Positions 48,724-59,586 of a stretch of 64,000 nt of DNA are shown here, piece by piece; the first letter of the stretch is position 1; the number at the start of each line of letters is the position of its first letter. The position numbers were made by a program, and so were the translations under genes. The notes below the pieces were generated by a model, which saw only the letters and a program-made list of their open reading frames with translations, had not been told where the DNA came from and did no database searches. Source of the DNA: Thermoanaerobaculia bacterium (GTDB lineage Bacteria > Acidobacteriota > Thermoanaerobaculia > Multivoradales > Multivoraceae); contig OY761158.1 in NCBI GenBank assembly GCA_963664405.1, positions 5,408,001-5,472,000 of the forward strand, written 5' to 3'.

Positions 48724-51403
48724 TCAGTCGGCGGGAACGAGATGCTTCAGCTCCTCGGCCCAGTTCAAGACGACCTGGATGTGGGCTGGCGCGCCCTCGA
48801 GAGCCTTGATGAAGACGAAATCTCCGTTGGGTAGGACGTCGTACTGGGGGAAGGGGGACGGGTGTGAGTAGTAGCGCGCCTCGAAGAGGAGCTTCGGCCG
48901 CGAGTAGGTGAAGCTCTGGCCACCTGCCGACTCAGCCACGTCGACCTTCATCAACAGGTCACCGTTACGGTAAAAGAGCTCGCGCCCTTGCGTGCTCCAG
49001 ACGGGGTTTCGACCACCCCCGGTCGAGATTCGATACTTCGCCTCCGAGGTTCCGGCCAGCGGTCGCACGTAGACATTCAGCTGACCGTCTTCGTCGCTGA
49101 CGTACGCCACCCACCGCCCGTCGGGGGAGGATCTAGAGCTGGTCTCGTAGACCGGCGTCGCAAGAAAAGGTCGCGGCTCTGTTTCACCGGCAGGCAGCAT
49201 CATGATGTCGTGGAGGTTTACCGGATCCACCAGCTGGTAGAGAAGATCTCCGTTCGGCGTGAAGGAATGCGCCACCTGCACCGGCCCGGGTGCAGTAACG
49301 GCAATTTCGTCGGCGCTGCCATCGGCCAGCTTCGAGAAGAGGCCGATCCCTCCAGGTCGAGTCGACTGGAAGACCAGGCGATCACCTTCGGCGCTCCACA
49401 CCGCGAAGCCCGATCCCTTGAAGGTCAGCTGCCGCCGACTCTCCTGGGCTAGATCGTAGATCCAGACTTCGCGCCGCCGCAGGTCGGTGGCGTTGTTGCC
49501 GCTGAGGACCGTTACCGATACCTGATCTCCTGCTGGTGAGACGCGAGGCGCCAGATAGCTGTCGGGTGGGATCTCGAGCGGCGTCTCTTTGCCACGGCGA
49601 TCCACTCGTACCAGGGTCGACAGCCGTTGAGCGCTGATCGGCGTGGTTGCAAGGAGGTTTCTCGCGACCGCGTATTGCGACACTCCCCGCGCCACCGGTA
49701 CCGGCGTGCCGGTGACGCTCCCGGCTTCGACATCGAAGGGCACGGCCATCAAGTCGTTGTCGCGGCGAAACAGAAGATGTCCGGTCGATACGACCTGGGG
49801 GTCACGGGCGTCATCGAGCAATGTGAGTCTTCTGCCCGAGGCAACGTCGATGGCGATCAGGCTCGGGAGGCGCGAGGCGGCCACCACCTCCGCGAGGACG
49901 GTCTTTCCGCCGGGGAGTAGCTCGGGTGAGCTCGGTTTCCCTCGCCGCCCTGTTTCGCCGCCAGAGTCTGGAGCGTCCGCGTCGTCCGCGGGGACGGGAG
50001 GATGATAGAGCTCCGCAGTGCCGCCGACGGCCGGTACCACCAGCAACTCGTCCGAATCGAGGGTGGCGAAGACGATGCGATCGTCGTCACCCCAGGCACC
50101 GCCTCGGGGGATTGGGACATCGCAGATCGCTACCGGGGCTCCCCCCCCCCTGGGTCGGCAACCTCTTGAGCTCCGTGCCCTGAAAGAAGGCGATCCACTC
50201 GCCGTCCGGTGAGAACAGCGGAAACTGCGCCCCCCGGGTTCCCGCTAGCGGCTGGCTCGAGGGATCCGCGATTCTGCGGAGATGGAGCTGGTCTTGAGCT
50301 ACGAAGACGAGCTGGAGTCCGTCGGGCGATAGTGCGAGCTCGCGAAGCCCTTCAAGCCCTCTACCGTTGGCGCCGGTGATACTCAGCCGGGCCGGTCGTA
50401 GCGTCACGGGCTTTTCGTTTCGCGGCGCGATCAGGGTCGTCAGCAGCATGCCGGCTGCCAGTCCAACAGCAAGCGCGAGGGCAACACGTCCCCGGACCTT
50501 CGTGGGGGTGACCGCAAACTCGGAACCTGCGTTCGGGTCGGTAGCTGCGTCCCTCGCCTCCTCGATCTCGAAGCGAGCGTCACCGATGTCGCGCAATCTC
50601 TCGCTGGGCTCTCTCTTTAGGCAACGACGGAGCAGACGCTGGATCGCTCTCGGCGTCGGCGCAAGCCTTCCCCAGTCCAACTCTGCCCGAAGAACCGCTG
50701 CCAGTGTGTCGGCCGCATCGTCGCCCTCGAAGGCGCGGCGGCCTGCAAGCGCCTCGTAGAGGCACGCGCCGAAGGCCCATACGTCGGCCCGCTTGTCGAC
50801 CTCCCTGCCCTTCGCCTGTTCGGGCGACATGTACGCCGCGGTGCCAAGGATCTGGCCCTGGCGCGTTGCCGCGTAGGTGAGCGTGGGCGACTCCGAGGAG
50901 TCGCTCTCCGGGCCTGTCGCCGGAGCCATTGCCTTGGCCAGACCGAAGTCAAGAATCTTGACGTTCCCGTCGTCGGTGACCTTGATGTTCGCGGGTTTGA
51001 GATCCCGGTGGATCACGCCCTTTTCGTGGGCTGCCTCTAGACCTTCCGCGATCTGCAAGAAAACGGGCAAGGCTTCATCGACGGGGACAGCACCTCTCTT
51101 GATGCGCTCGGCGAGTGTCTCGCCTTCGACCAGTTCCATGACCAGGAAGTTAGTGTCCCCTTCCTTCTCGAAGCCGTAGAGCGTGGCGATGTTGTTGTGA
51201 TTCAGTGAGGCGAGGACGCGAGCCTCGCGCTCGAAGCGCGCCAGCCGCTCAGGATCTGTGGAAACCTCATCGAGAAGGAGCTTGATCGCTACCTCGCGCC
51301 CGAGCTTGGTGTCCTTGGCGCGATAGACCTCTCCCATTCCTCCCACTCCGAGGCTTGAGACCACTTCATAGTGGCCAAGGCGAGTGCCAGCTTCGAGCGC
51401 CAT
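48724..51403 (-). pseudogene. Ser/Thr kinase-TM-TolB/PD40 propeller K1, frameshifted at a G10 tract (50141-50150)
   Basis: Hanks motifs (Gx[24 protein letters not shown]); ORFs 50087-51403 and 48724-50046 join if the tract is G9 or G6. Confidence 0.85.
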
Positions 51404-51463
51404 GACTTGGCGACATCTTACCCGTCGCCCGTGGGATCAGCGGCTCAGAGAGCTGATTCCCGC

Positions 51464-51540
51464 TGTCGCGATGCACCCGGAACTGCGACAGCAGGAGCCT
51501 ATTCAGATCGAGCTATGGCTGTCGCAGTCCGCCACCAAAG
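51464..51540. repeat. 27-bp site (51464-51490), 29-bp linker and left part of an IS-interrupted site (51520-51540)
   Basis: TGTCGCGATGCACCCGGAACTGCGACA..GCCTAT-N9-GCTAT-N3-TGTCGCAGTCCGCCACCAAAG. Confidence 0.85.
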
Positions 51541-51671
51541 TCATCATAGAAATGCGCTCGGGTGCGCCCGAGGTCAAGAAGTAGGGAGTTGTGAAGAACG
51601 GTCCTCCGTCGAAAGGGTCAAACTCGAGATGAGTAATTACCCTGGGCTTAGCCCCAAGAAGGAGGACCGAA

Positions 51672-52710
51672 ATGGAACGATATCTCGGACTCGACATGCA
51701 TCGGGACAGCTGCACGGCCGTCGTGCTGAGTGCCGGTGGGAAGAAGACCGGCGAGCAGGTGATGGCGACCGAAACCGCCGCGTTGGTGCAGTACATAAAG
51801 AGTCTCTCGGGAGAGCTTCACGTCTGTGTGGAGGAGGGCGAGTGGAGCGAGTGGGTAGTGGAGATCCTCAATCCATGGGTCTCGCGGGTGGTTTCGGCGT
51901 CGGCTCCGGGTCGCAAGGGTCCTCGCAGCGATGCGATGGACGCTCGCGAGCTCGCCGAGCGTCTGAGGACTCGCCAGACGGGTCCACCGGTCTACAAGGC
52001 GTCTCGGGAATGGGCGCGGCTGCGCGAGGCAGTGCCGCCTGGAGGGCAAGCTGCTCCAGGACGCGGTACGAGCCAAGCAGCGGCTCAAGAGTCTGTATCG
52101 ACGTCGTGGTGTGGCGTGCTTGGGCGAGGAGGTCTACTCCCCGCAGCTGCGCGAGCAGTGGCACGCGAAGCTGCCCGCAAGCGTGCGGCCATCCGCCGAG
52201 CTCCTGGGTCAGGAGCTCGATCACCTCACAGAGCTGCACCAGACCGCCGAGCGGCAGATGTGTGCAGCCGCTGGCAAGTTTCCGATGTGGCGCAAGCTCC
52301 AGACGGCTCCGGGGATCGGCCGCAAACGATCGGCACAACTGCTAGCGATCGTGGTGACCCCTCATCGCTTCCGCACCAAACGACTCTTCTGGTCCTACTG
52401 CGGACTCGGTGTGGTCACGCGCTCGACCTCGGACTGGGTCCGCCAGCCGAACGGTCAGATGGTGCGGGCTCCAGTGATCCAGGCCCGGGGGCTGAACAAA
52501 GCCTGCAACCGTCAGCTCAAGGGGCTCTTTGTGGGCGCCGCGAAGACGGCTCTCCGCTGCCGGCGACCCAATCCCCTGCGCGACGCCCACGAACGGATGG
52601 TCGAGGCCGGGACCAAACCGAATCTGGCCCAGCTCACCATCGCGCGAAAGATCGCTGCAGTGGTGCTGGCCATGTGGAAGAGCGAAAGCGAGTATCGGAT
52701 CATGAGCTGA
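51672..52710 (+). pseudogene. IS110 transposase, +1 frameshift near 52035
   Basis: YLGLDMH, VEEG, SDAMDA; second frame has PGIG, F.TKR.FWSYCGLG..TRST and IARKIAA..LAMWK. Confidence 0.85.
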
Positions 52711-53090
52711 GTCTCACCTTCGACCGCTTCCCTGCCGGGCTCTGGCGCCGAGCGCCGGACCGAGACGGGGATCGGTGCCGGGTCGGACTCAGAGATCCAA
52801 AGGTCGAGGGAGAGTCTCCACTGTCGTCTTGTGCCCCATCATCGATGGGAGTAACTGACATAAGTCTAGGCCCCCTCCCAGGACCAAAAGAAGAGATGGC
52901 CCACGAGGCCCTGATGGAAGGCTGGTCCCAGCATACGAGGACCCACACACTCACTTCTCATCTCACGAGCTCACCCGCAACAGGAACCGATCCCCGAACC
53001 GGAAGACGCCTCGCGGATCCACTCGGTAGAGGAATAGCCCGCGCTCGATCCCAAGACCTCGAGCGCTCAGGGAAACTCCGTCTTGACATC
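52711..53090 (+). ncRNA. Predicted bridge/seek RNA of the IS1111-type element (bounds approximate)
   Basis: CCAAAG (52797-802) matches left target plus core; CTGTCGTCTT (52821-30) is the reverse complement of core plus right target AAGACGACAG; ATGGAAG (52914-20) matches the donor right end. Confidence 0.7.
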
Positions 53091-53104
53091 GATTTCTATG
53101 GAAG

Positions 53105-53176
53105 ACGACAGCTCGCCGATTTCGGGGCCTATCGCCTTTCAGCTATTCGTGTCGTGGTCCGCCAGATTCTGCGACA
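53105..53176. repeat. Right part of the interrupted site, 39-bp linker and 27-bp site (53150-53176)
   Basis: ACGACA..GCCTAT-N9-GCTAT-N3-TGTCGTGGTCCGCCAGATTCTGCGACA, 6 bp from the K2 stop codon. Confidence 0.85.
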
Positions 53177-53182
53177 CGGTGA

Positions 53183-55888
53183 TCAGTCGGTCGAGGTGAG
53201 TCGTTTCAACTCGTCGAACCAATCGAGAACGACGTTGATGTAAGAAGGCGTCGCTTCCGGAGGCTGGAGCATCAGGAAACGATTGCCGTCGGACGTGACA
53301 TCGTAGTGGGAGACCCCCTTGCCGAGCCGAGGGGCCGGCCATCCGCTGAGGAGAACCTGCGCTGGCTCGAACGTGAAGACAGAGCCGTTGGTCTCGACAG
53401 GAATAACCATGAGGAACTCGCCCTGGCGAAAGAACAGTTCCCGTCCGTCGCGGGACCACACCGGGTCCCGGCCGCCGTTTGCGGAGACCGGAGTGGAACC
53501 TACAGGCTCAGGATACGACGTGACGTGGACCTCCTTTTCGCCCGTCACCTCCGACACGTATGCGATCCATCGCCCGTTCGGCGAGAAGGTCGGCGAGTCC
53601 TCGTTGTGCGGACGCGAGAGAAAATCGCTCGGCCCCCCCTCTTCGAGGATGCCAATGTCCGATCCGGCCGGCGTGGTCTCGAAAAAGGCGAGGGCGTTGC
53701 CATCTAGGCCCCAAGAGGTCGGAAACTGACGGCCTGCCCGCGCCAACAACTGCTCCGGCTCCCTCCCCCCATCGGCCGGCACGAAGTGCAGGTCAAAGTG
53801 CGCGGCTCCCCTGACTGCGGAGAATGTGAGTCCGTTACGCTGCTGGTCCCAGACGGGCGTGAGATTGTATCCGTCGGTGGTCAACAACGTCCGGGTGCCA
53901 CTTTCGACATCGATGACCCAGATGTCGGGCGTAATCGTTACGGCGATCTGATTGCCATCCGCCGATAGACGAGGGGTCTTGTAAGGGGCAAGGCCGTCGA
54001 CAACCGGCGTCACCTGCTGGTTCTGTCGATCGACCCAGACGAGCGTCGTGTCCGTCGCGCCGGAATCTTCCGGCGGGTAGGCGAGCGTTCCGGTGTCGGA
54101 CACCGCGAAATGCGCGCCACCCAGCCCGGCGAGATACGGAACCCTCTCGGTGGTGGGAATGGGAGAGCCACTGGCACTCAGCCGGTCGAGATCAAACGCA
54201 ACCACCATCAAGGCCCCATCCTGGGCATATACAAGATGTCCTGTTTGGACGTAGCGGGCACCGTGGGCATTGGGGAGCACCCAGTCCCATTCATTTGACG
54301 CAAGGGACAAGATCGCGGCTCGCGGCCCGTCGTTGTAGTTGATGGTAAACAGGACGTGCTGACCGCCGGGGAGAATCTGGGGATCGAAGTGCCGAAATTC
54401 CCCCACCGCGGCGTCTGGAAGCGTCAGTCGTTCCGGTACTCCGGCACCTGCTGACACTTTGTAGAGGCCAAACGTGAAATGCGAAAAGATGATGGTGTCA
54501 TCACGCCCCCAGCTCGCGCTCGGGAAGAGCCCGATCGTGTCGCAAATCTTCACGGGGGACCCACCCAAAACCGATACTTTCTGCAGCGTCCTGTTGGCAA
54601 AGAAACCGATCCATTCGCCGTTCGGTGAAAAGAATGGAGCTTGCGCGCCTTCGGTACCCGCGATCGGCTGAGCTTCGAACTCGTCGATCGGGCGGAGAAA
54701 CAGCTGCGTCGATCCACCCCCAGGCTGCGCTGCCGTGTAGACCAGGAGTTGACCATTGGGCGAGATTGCGATGGCACTAACGGCGGCCTCCTCGCCCAAC
54801 GACAGCTCCTGGTCGGGCGGAAGCGCGACAACGAGTCGAGCCGGAGACCGCACCTCGGCCTGCCGCAGGGCCCACCAGGCGCCGGCTCCCGCTCCCACTG
54901 CGAACAGCGCGGTCAGCGCCCATGGGACCAGTCGCTGCCAACGGTGAGCCTGAAGCGGCCGTTCGGCCTGGCGTGCATCAACGGCCGGAGCCGCGAAGGC
55001 ATCACCGATCTCGATCCGCGCGTCGGCCTGAAGCTCATCGCCGACCGCCTGAAGCTCGATCCCGACATCCAGGGCCGACTGCCAGCGTCGCTCGGGGTCT
55101 TTGGCCAGGCAGCGGCTCACAACCCAGTCGAGGCGAGGTGGAGCGATCTCTTGGACCGCCCTCAGCGGTCGAGGCTCCGAGGCCATGATGGCGGTGGTCA
55201 GGGAAGCTTGGTTGTCGCCCTGGAAAGGGCGCTCGCCGGTGACCATCTCGTAGAGCACGCAGCCCAGTGCCCAGATGTCGGTGCGGGCGTCGGTGTCCTT
55301 GCTCTCCAACTGCTCCGGTGCCATGTAGAGCTGCGTACCGAGGATCGAGTCCTGACCGGTGATCGGCTGCATCCTCGTCGGTGACTCTGTGTTGGCCGCC
55401 AATGGCTCCGGCTCGATGCTCTTCGCCAGTCCGAAGTCCAGCACCTTGACGCCGGTCTTCGTCAGCATCACGTTGCCGGGCTTCAGATCCCGATGCACCA
55501 CTCCGGCCTTGTGGGCGGCATCGATCGCTGCACCGATCTGGCTCCCGATCTCTAGCGCCTGAGCGATGGGAAGAGCCCCCTTCTTCAACCCCTTCTCAAG
55601 CGTCTCGCCTTCCACCACCTCCATGACCAGGAAGCGAGTGCTGCCGTCTGTGTCGAAGCTGTAAAGCGTGGCGATGTTCGGGTGATTGAGGCCGGCCAGG
55701 ACCTTGGCCTCGCGCTCGAACCGCGCCATCCTCTCAGGATCCCCGGATACCTCCTCCAATAGCAGCTTGACCGCCACCTCACGACCGAGCTTCGTGTCTT
55801 TCGCTCGGTACACCTCTCCCATGCCTCCCGCACCGAGGGAGGAGACGATCTCGTAGTGGCCCAGGATTGTGCCTGGTTTTAGCTGCAT
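53183..55888 (-). CDS. Ser/Thr kinase-TM-TolB/PD40 propeller K2 (intact, 901 aa)
   Basis: Hanks motifs, TM helix, repeated FSPNG.WI blades and C-terminal YDV..DG.RFLM..VVLDWFDELKRL. Confidence 0.92.
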   Translation of the reverse strand: MQLKPGTILGHYEIVSSLGAGGMGEVYRAKDTKLGREVAVKLLLEEVSGDPERMARFEREAKVLAGLNHPNIATLYSFDTDGSTRFLVMEVVEGETLEKGLKKGALPIAQALEIGSQIGAAIDAAHKAGVVHRDLKPGNVMLTKTGVKVLDFGLAKSIEPEPLAANTESPTRMQPITGQDSILGTQLYMAPEQLESKDTDARTDIWALGCVLYEMVTGERPFQGDNQASLTTAIMASEPRPLRAVQEIAPPRLDWVVSRCLAKDPERRWQSALDVGIELQAVGDELQADARIEIGDAFAAPAVDARQAERPLQAHRWQRLVPWALTALFAVGAGAGAWWALRQAEVRSPARLVVALPPDQELSLGEEAAVSAIAISPNGQLLVYTAAQPGGGSTQLFLRPIDEFEAQPIAGTEGAQAPFFSPNGEWIGFFANRTLQKVSVLGGSPVKICDTIGLFPSASWGRDDTIIFSHFTFGLYKVSAGAGVPERLTLPDAAVGEFRHFDPQILPGGQHVLFTINYNDGPRAAILSLASNEWDWVLPNAHGARYVQTGHLVYAQDGALMVVAFDLDRLSASGSPIPTTERVPYLAGLGGAHFAVSDTGTLAYPPEDSGATDTTLVWVDRQNQQVTPVVDGLAPYKTPRLSADGNQIAVTITPDIWVIDVESGTRTLLTTDGYNLTPVWDQQRNGLTFSAVRGAAHFDLHFVPADGGREPEQLLARAGRQFPTSWGLDGNALAFFETTPAGSDIGILEEGGPSDFLSRPHNEDSPTFSPNGRWIAYVSEVTGEKEVHVTSYPEPVGSTPVSANGGRDPVWSRDGRELFFRQGEFLMVIPVETNGSVFTFEPAQVLLSGWPAPRLGKGVSHYDVTSDGNRFLMLQPPEATPSYINVVLDWFDELKRLTSTD

Positions 55889-55949
55889 GAATTGAGCAGC
55901 ATCTTACTCGCCGCCTCTGGGATCTACCGCTCAGAGGCTGAATCTGGCG

Positions 55950-56042
55950 TGGCGTCTTCCACCATGAAAGACGACAGCCCCTCTGCTCAGAGGCTCATCT
56001 GCTTTCAGCTATACGTGTCGTCCTTCGCCACATTTCACGACA
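55950..56042. repeat. Paired 27-bp sites (55950-55976, 56016-56042) with 39-bp linker
   Basis: TGGCGTCTTCCACCATGAAAGACGACA / TGTCGTCCTTCGCCACATTTCACGACA. Confidence 0.88.
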
Positions 56043-56050
56043 TGCTTCGC

Positions 56051-58728
56051 TCAGTCGGTGGGAACCAGACGCTGCAGCTCCTCGAACCAGTTCTGGACCA
56101 GGACGACGTGACTGCTCGAGCCCCCCTCGGTCGTCTCCGCCGGTTTGACCATCAGGAACCTCTGACCGTCAGGGTGGATGTCGTACATGCGGCCGATTCT
56201 GACGGCATAGCTCCCCGTGAAGAGCTCCTGTGGGCTCCCAGCCTCGAACGCGGGCTCGGTTGTGACCGGCACTGCCATCAGCCGATCGCCGGCACGATAG
56301 AAGATCTCGCTCCCGTCGGGCGACCATAGCGGTTCGCTGCCACCGCCCGCTGAGATCGGGAAGCGACCGCCGTCGACCTCAGGGAATGGCCTCACATAGA
56401 TCTCGTCCTCGCCTGATTCGTCCGACTGGTAGGCCAGGAAACGACCGTCGGGTGAGATCTCTCCACTCCGCTCATTGATATCCGTGGCGAGAAGCAGCTG
56501 TGGCGCTCCCTCGCCTTCCAGCGACAGCACCCCCAGATCGAATCCCCCCCCTGCGCCGACGCGGTAGACGAGAAGCTTGCCATCGGGAGAGATCGACGAG
56601 GGAAATAGACTGTCTGGGCTGTCGGTGAGAGGCCTTACAGCGCCCGTACCGTCAGCCGCCCTCTGGTAGACGTCGAAGGTCCCGCCACGAACCGAGCTGT
56701 ACACCACTTCGCGGCTGTCAGGAGTCCAGATCGAATACATGTCTGGTCCCGGATCGCGGGTCAACCGGTCCAGGGTCTCCCGACCGAGATCCCAGATCCA
56801 CACATCCTGTTCTTCATCCTGGGAAGAGACCGCTACCCGCTGTCCATCCGGAGAGATGCGGGGAAGCAGGTAGGGCCGAATCGGGGCCAAGAGGGCCTCC
56901 TCCCTCCCGTCCCGTCCCACCCAGACCAGGGCCGTCTGCACCCCTCCCCCTGCGCCACCCGTGACGTACACCAAGGATCCGTCCTGCGAGAAGTCGAAGT
57001 TCACAGCACCTGTGGGCTTCGTGCCGACGCCTTCCAAGACGGGCACCGGATTTCCCCGGACCTCAAGACTTCCTGCATCGAAGGCCACCGCACGTAACGT
57101 ACCGCTCACTCCATAGACCAGGTGCCCAGTGGGCACGTACCGGGCGCCGGCCCCTCCAGAGACCAGGACCTTCCGCTCCCCGGTGGCGAGAGATAGGGCC
57201 ACGATCTGCGTCTGCTCGACGTTCGCGCTCGTAAATACCGTGAAAAGGACGGCCTCGCCGCCGGGTAGTACATCGGGGAAGCGATAGCTACTCTCTCCTC
57301 TCTCGGGATCTGGCGCTACCAGCAGCTCCGGCTCGCCGCCTCCCCCCGACATCCGATAGAGGCCCTCGGAGATGGAGCTGAAGATGATGGTGTCGTCCGC
57401 GCCCCAGCTCACACCGGGGAGAATGCCGCCGGGTATGTCGGCCAAGGTCACGATTGGTCCCCCGAGAATGGAGACCTTCTTGAGAGTTCCGCCGGATGCG
57501 AAGCCGACCCAGGCCCCGTCAGGTGAGAGGAAAGGAGTCCTCGCGCCCTCCGTGCCTTCCAGGTGGGACCCGACGAGGCTGCCCACGTGGCGAACATAGA
57601 GAGAGCCTCCGCTCTGGTAGACCACCGCACGACCGTCGGTTGTCACCGCCAGATCGCGCCCGTTTGGGAGAACGCTCACCGGCGCGCTGGGAGCGGCGCT
57701 CAGCACCGAGCGAACCACGGGGCGCTCGGTCGGCAGTGGAGCAGGCTTCAGCATCCAGACTGCGCTGGCGATCACTGCGACGGCAGCGAGGGCGGCGAGA
57801 ATGAGGGGGACGGGACTGCGCTTCTCCGCCATAACCGCCCCGGGGGTCTCCTCGTCCTCCGGAGCCGCCATGACTTCTTCGATCTCGATGCGGGCATCAC
57901 CGATATCGTGCAGCCTCTGCCTTGGGTCCTTGCTGAGACACCGCCGCAACAGTTCTCTGAGCTTTCTGGGCGTGTCGCCAGGGAGCCCTTCCCAGCCCGG
58001 GTCAGACTTGAGCACCGACGCCAAGGTGGTGGAAGCGTCCTCGCCCTCGAAGACTCGCTTGCCGCTCAGCGCCTCGAACAGACAGACCCCGAAGGCCCAC
58101 ACATCGGCGCGCTTATCGACGGTCTTTCCTCGCGCCTGCTCGGGAGCCATGTAGGCGGCTGTGCCGAGAATCTGACCCCGTTGAGTTGCTGCAAGAGTGA
58201 GGGTCGGAGATTCGGACAAGCGCCCTCTCCGGTGGCACTAGCTTCCACAGCCATCGCCTTGGCCAACCCGAAATCGAGGAGCTTCACGGCACCCTCGTCC
58301 GACACTTTGATGTTCGCGGGCTTCAGATCGCGATGGATGACGCCCTTCTCGTGGGCTGCCTCCAGCCCCTCAGCGATCTGCAAGAAGACGGGCAATGCTT
58401 CGTCGACTGGCATGGCTCCTCTCTTGATGCGATCCGCTAGAGTCTCGCCCTCCACCAGTTCCATGACCAGGAAGCTGGTGTCGCCTTCCCGCTCGAAGGC
58501 GTGAAGGCTGGCGATGTTCTTGTGGTTGAGCGAGGCCAGAACCCGCGCCTCCCGCTCGAGGCGAGCTAGGCGCTCCGGGTCAGAGGAGACCTCGTCAAGC
58601 AGGAGTTTGACCGCCACCTCGCGCCCGAGCTTCGTGTCGCGAGCTCGGTAGACCTCTCCCATGCCCCCGGCACCGAGGGAGGAGACCACTTCGTAGTGGC
58701 CGAGGCGAGTGCCAGCTTCTAGCGCCAT
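56051..58728 (-). pseudogene. Ser/Thr kinase-TM-TolB/PD40 propeller K3, single frameshift near 58221
   Basis: ORFs 58066-58728 and 56051-58219 join at ..ATGEG-LSESPTLT with one added base. Confidence 0.85.
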
Positions 58729-58787
58729 GACTTGGTGACATCTTACCCGTCGCCCGGGGGATCAGCGGCTCAGAGCTCGATCTGTGC

Positions 58788-58880
58788 TGTCGCACCTCAC
58801 CGAATTTCACGACAGCCCCTTCTCTCAGAGGGTTATCTGCTTTCGGCTATACCTGTCGCAGAGCGCCAGGGATTGCGACA
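58788..58880. repeat. Paired 27-bp sites (58788-58814, 58854-58880) with 39-bp linker
   Basis: TGTCGCACCTCACCGAATTTCACGACA / TGTCGCAGAGCGCCAGGGATTGCGACA. Confidence 0.9.
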
Positions 58881-58923
58881 GACAGTGGCAGCTCTGTCGG
58901 CCCCTACTCTGGAGGGAGAGATC

Positions 58924-59385
58924 CTATTTGCGCTCATGAACAAGATCGATTTGGAACTCGCGGCGAATCTCTGCGAGCGGCCGGCTCAAGAAGGTGTCGA
59001 AGTTGGACCAAGGCCACTTGGCCGGCATGCGATGACCTCGCCACGCAGCCTTGACGAGGATCGGTACTGACCTGGCGAAGGTGACCAAAGCTGTCCGCCA
59101 GCCAACCTTTGCCATGATGTCTTTGTGCTCCTCGACCCTGAAGAAGCCAAGAAACTGACGGATGCTCACAGAGGTACCGAAGAGCGTCCATGTGTCCGTC
59201 AAGGCCTCGCCAGCCAGGCTAGTGCTACAGCCGAACAAGACATGGGCCGTGTCGTGGCACCGAAAGAACTCAGCGCCGAGTCCTCCGGGATCTCGGGCTG
59301 AGGCGAGCCCTGGGTTTGCAGCCCAATACTCCATCAGCCCCTCGGCCAGAGTCTGCCGTGATTCCTGCTCCTGATACCTTGGCAA
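58924..59385 (-). CDS. Coq4-like hypothetical protein
   Basis: HDxxH(x)11E motif (HDTAHVLFGCSTSLAGE) and PL.EIR.EF.I; SD AGGAG before the TTG start. Confidence 0.6.
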   Translation of the reverse strand: MPRYQEQESRQTLAEGLMEYWAANPGLASARDPGGLGAEFFRCHDTAHVLFGCSTSLAGEALTDTWTLFGTSVSIRQFLGFFRVEEHKDIMAKVGWRTALVTFARSVPILVKAAWRGHRMPAKWPWSNFDTFLSRPLAEIRREFQIDLVHERK

Positions 59386-59481
59386 GGCCGAACTCTCCTT
59401 CGCGGAGCTCTCACGCCATCAACCAGCGCGTAGTCTAGCGTCCGACCACAGCAATAGGACGCTCTTTCGGCACGCCCTCAC

Positions 59482-59508
59482 TGTCGTAGTGCGCCACATT
59501 TCGCGACA
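59482..59508. repeat. 27-bp site
   Basis: TGTCGTAGTGCGCCACATTTCGCGACA, 4 bp from a kinase C-terminal stub. Confidence 0.85.
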
Positions 59509-59512
59509 CCAT

Positions 59513-59570
59513 TCAGTCGGTGGGCCGCGTGGCGTTTCAACTCGTCGAAGCAGTTGAGGACGACATAGCT
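59513..59570 (-). pseudogene. C-terminal stub of a fifth kinase-propeller gene
   Basis: YVVLNCFDELKR...PTD* matches the tails of K1-K3. Confidence 0.7.
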
Positions 59571-59586
59571 GCAATGCTTAAGCCGC

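Larger units (their letters stand above)
51541..53104 (+). mobile_element. IS110-family, IS1111-type element
   Basis: Sub-terminal IRs CATAGAAAT (51545-53) / ATTTCTATG (53092-100); AAG core at 51538-40 and 53102-04; TTGACA at 53083-88; long 3' non-coding region. Confidence 0.88.

Noticed and set aside
51672-53243. 523-aa ORF as a full IS110 protein
   Set aside because: Homology is lost after about residue 120 because of a frameshift; the rest is read-through of another frame and the non-coding end.
59424-59450. Partner 27-bp site upstream of the Coq4-like gene
   Set aside because: Only weak resemblance; neither arm is convincing and the GCTAT linker motif is absent.
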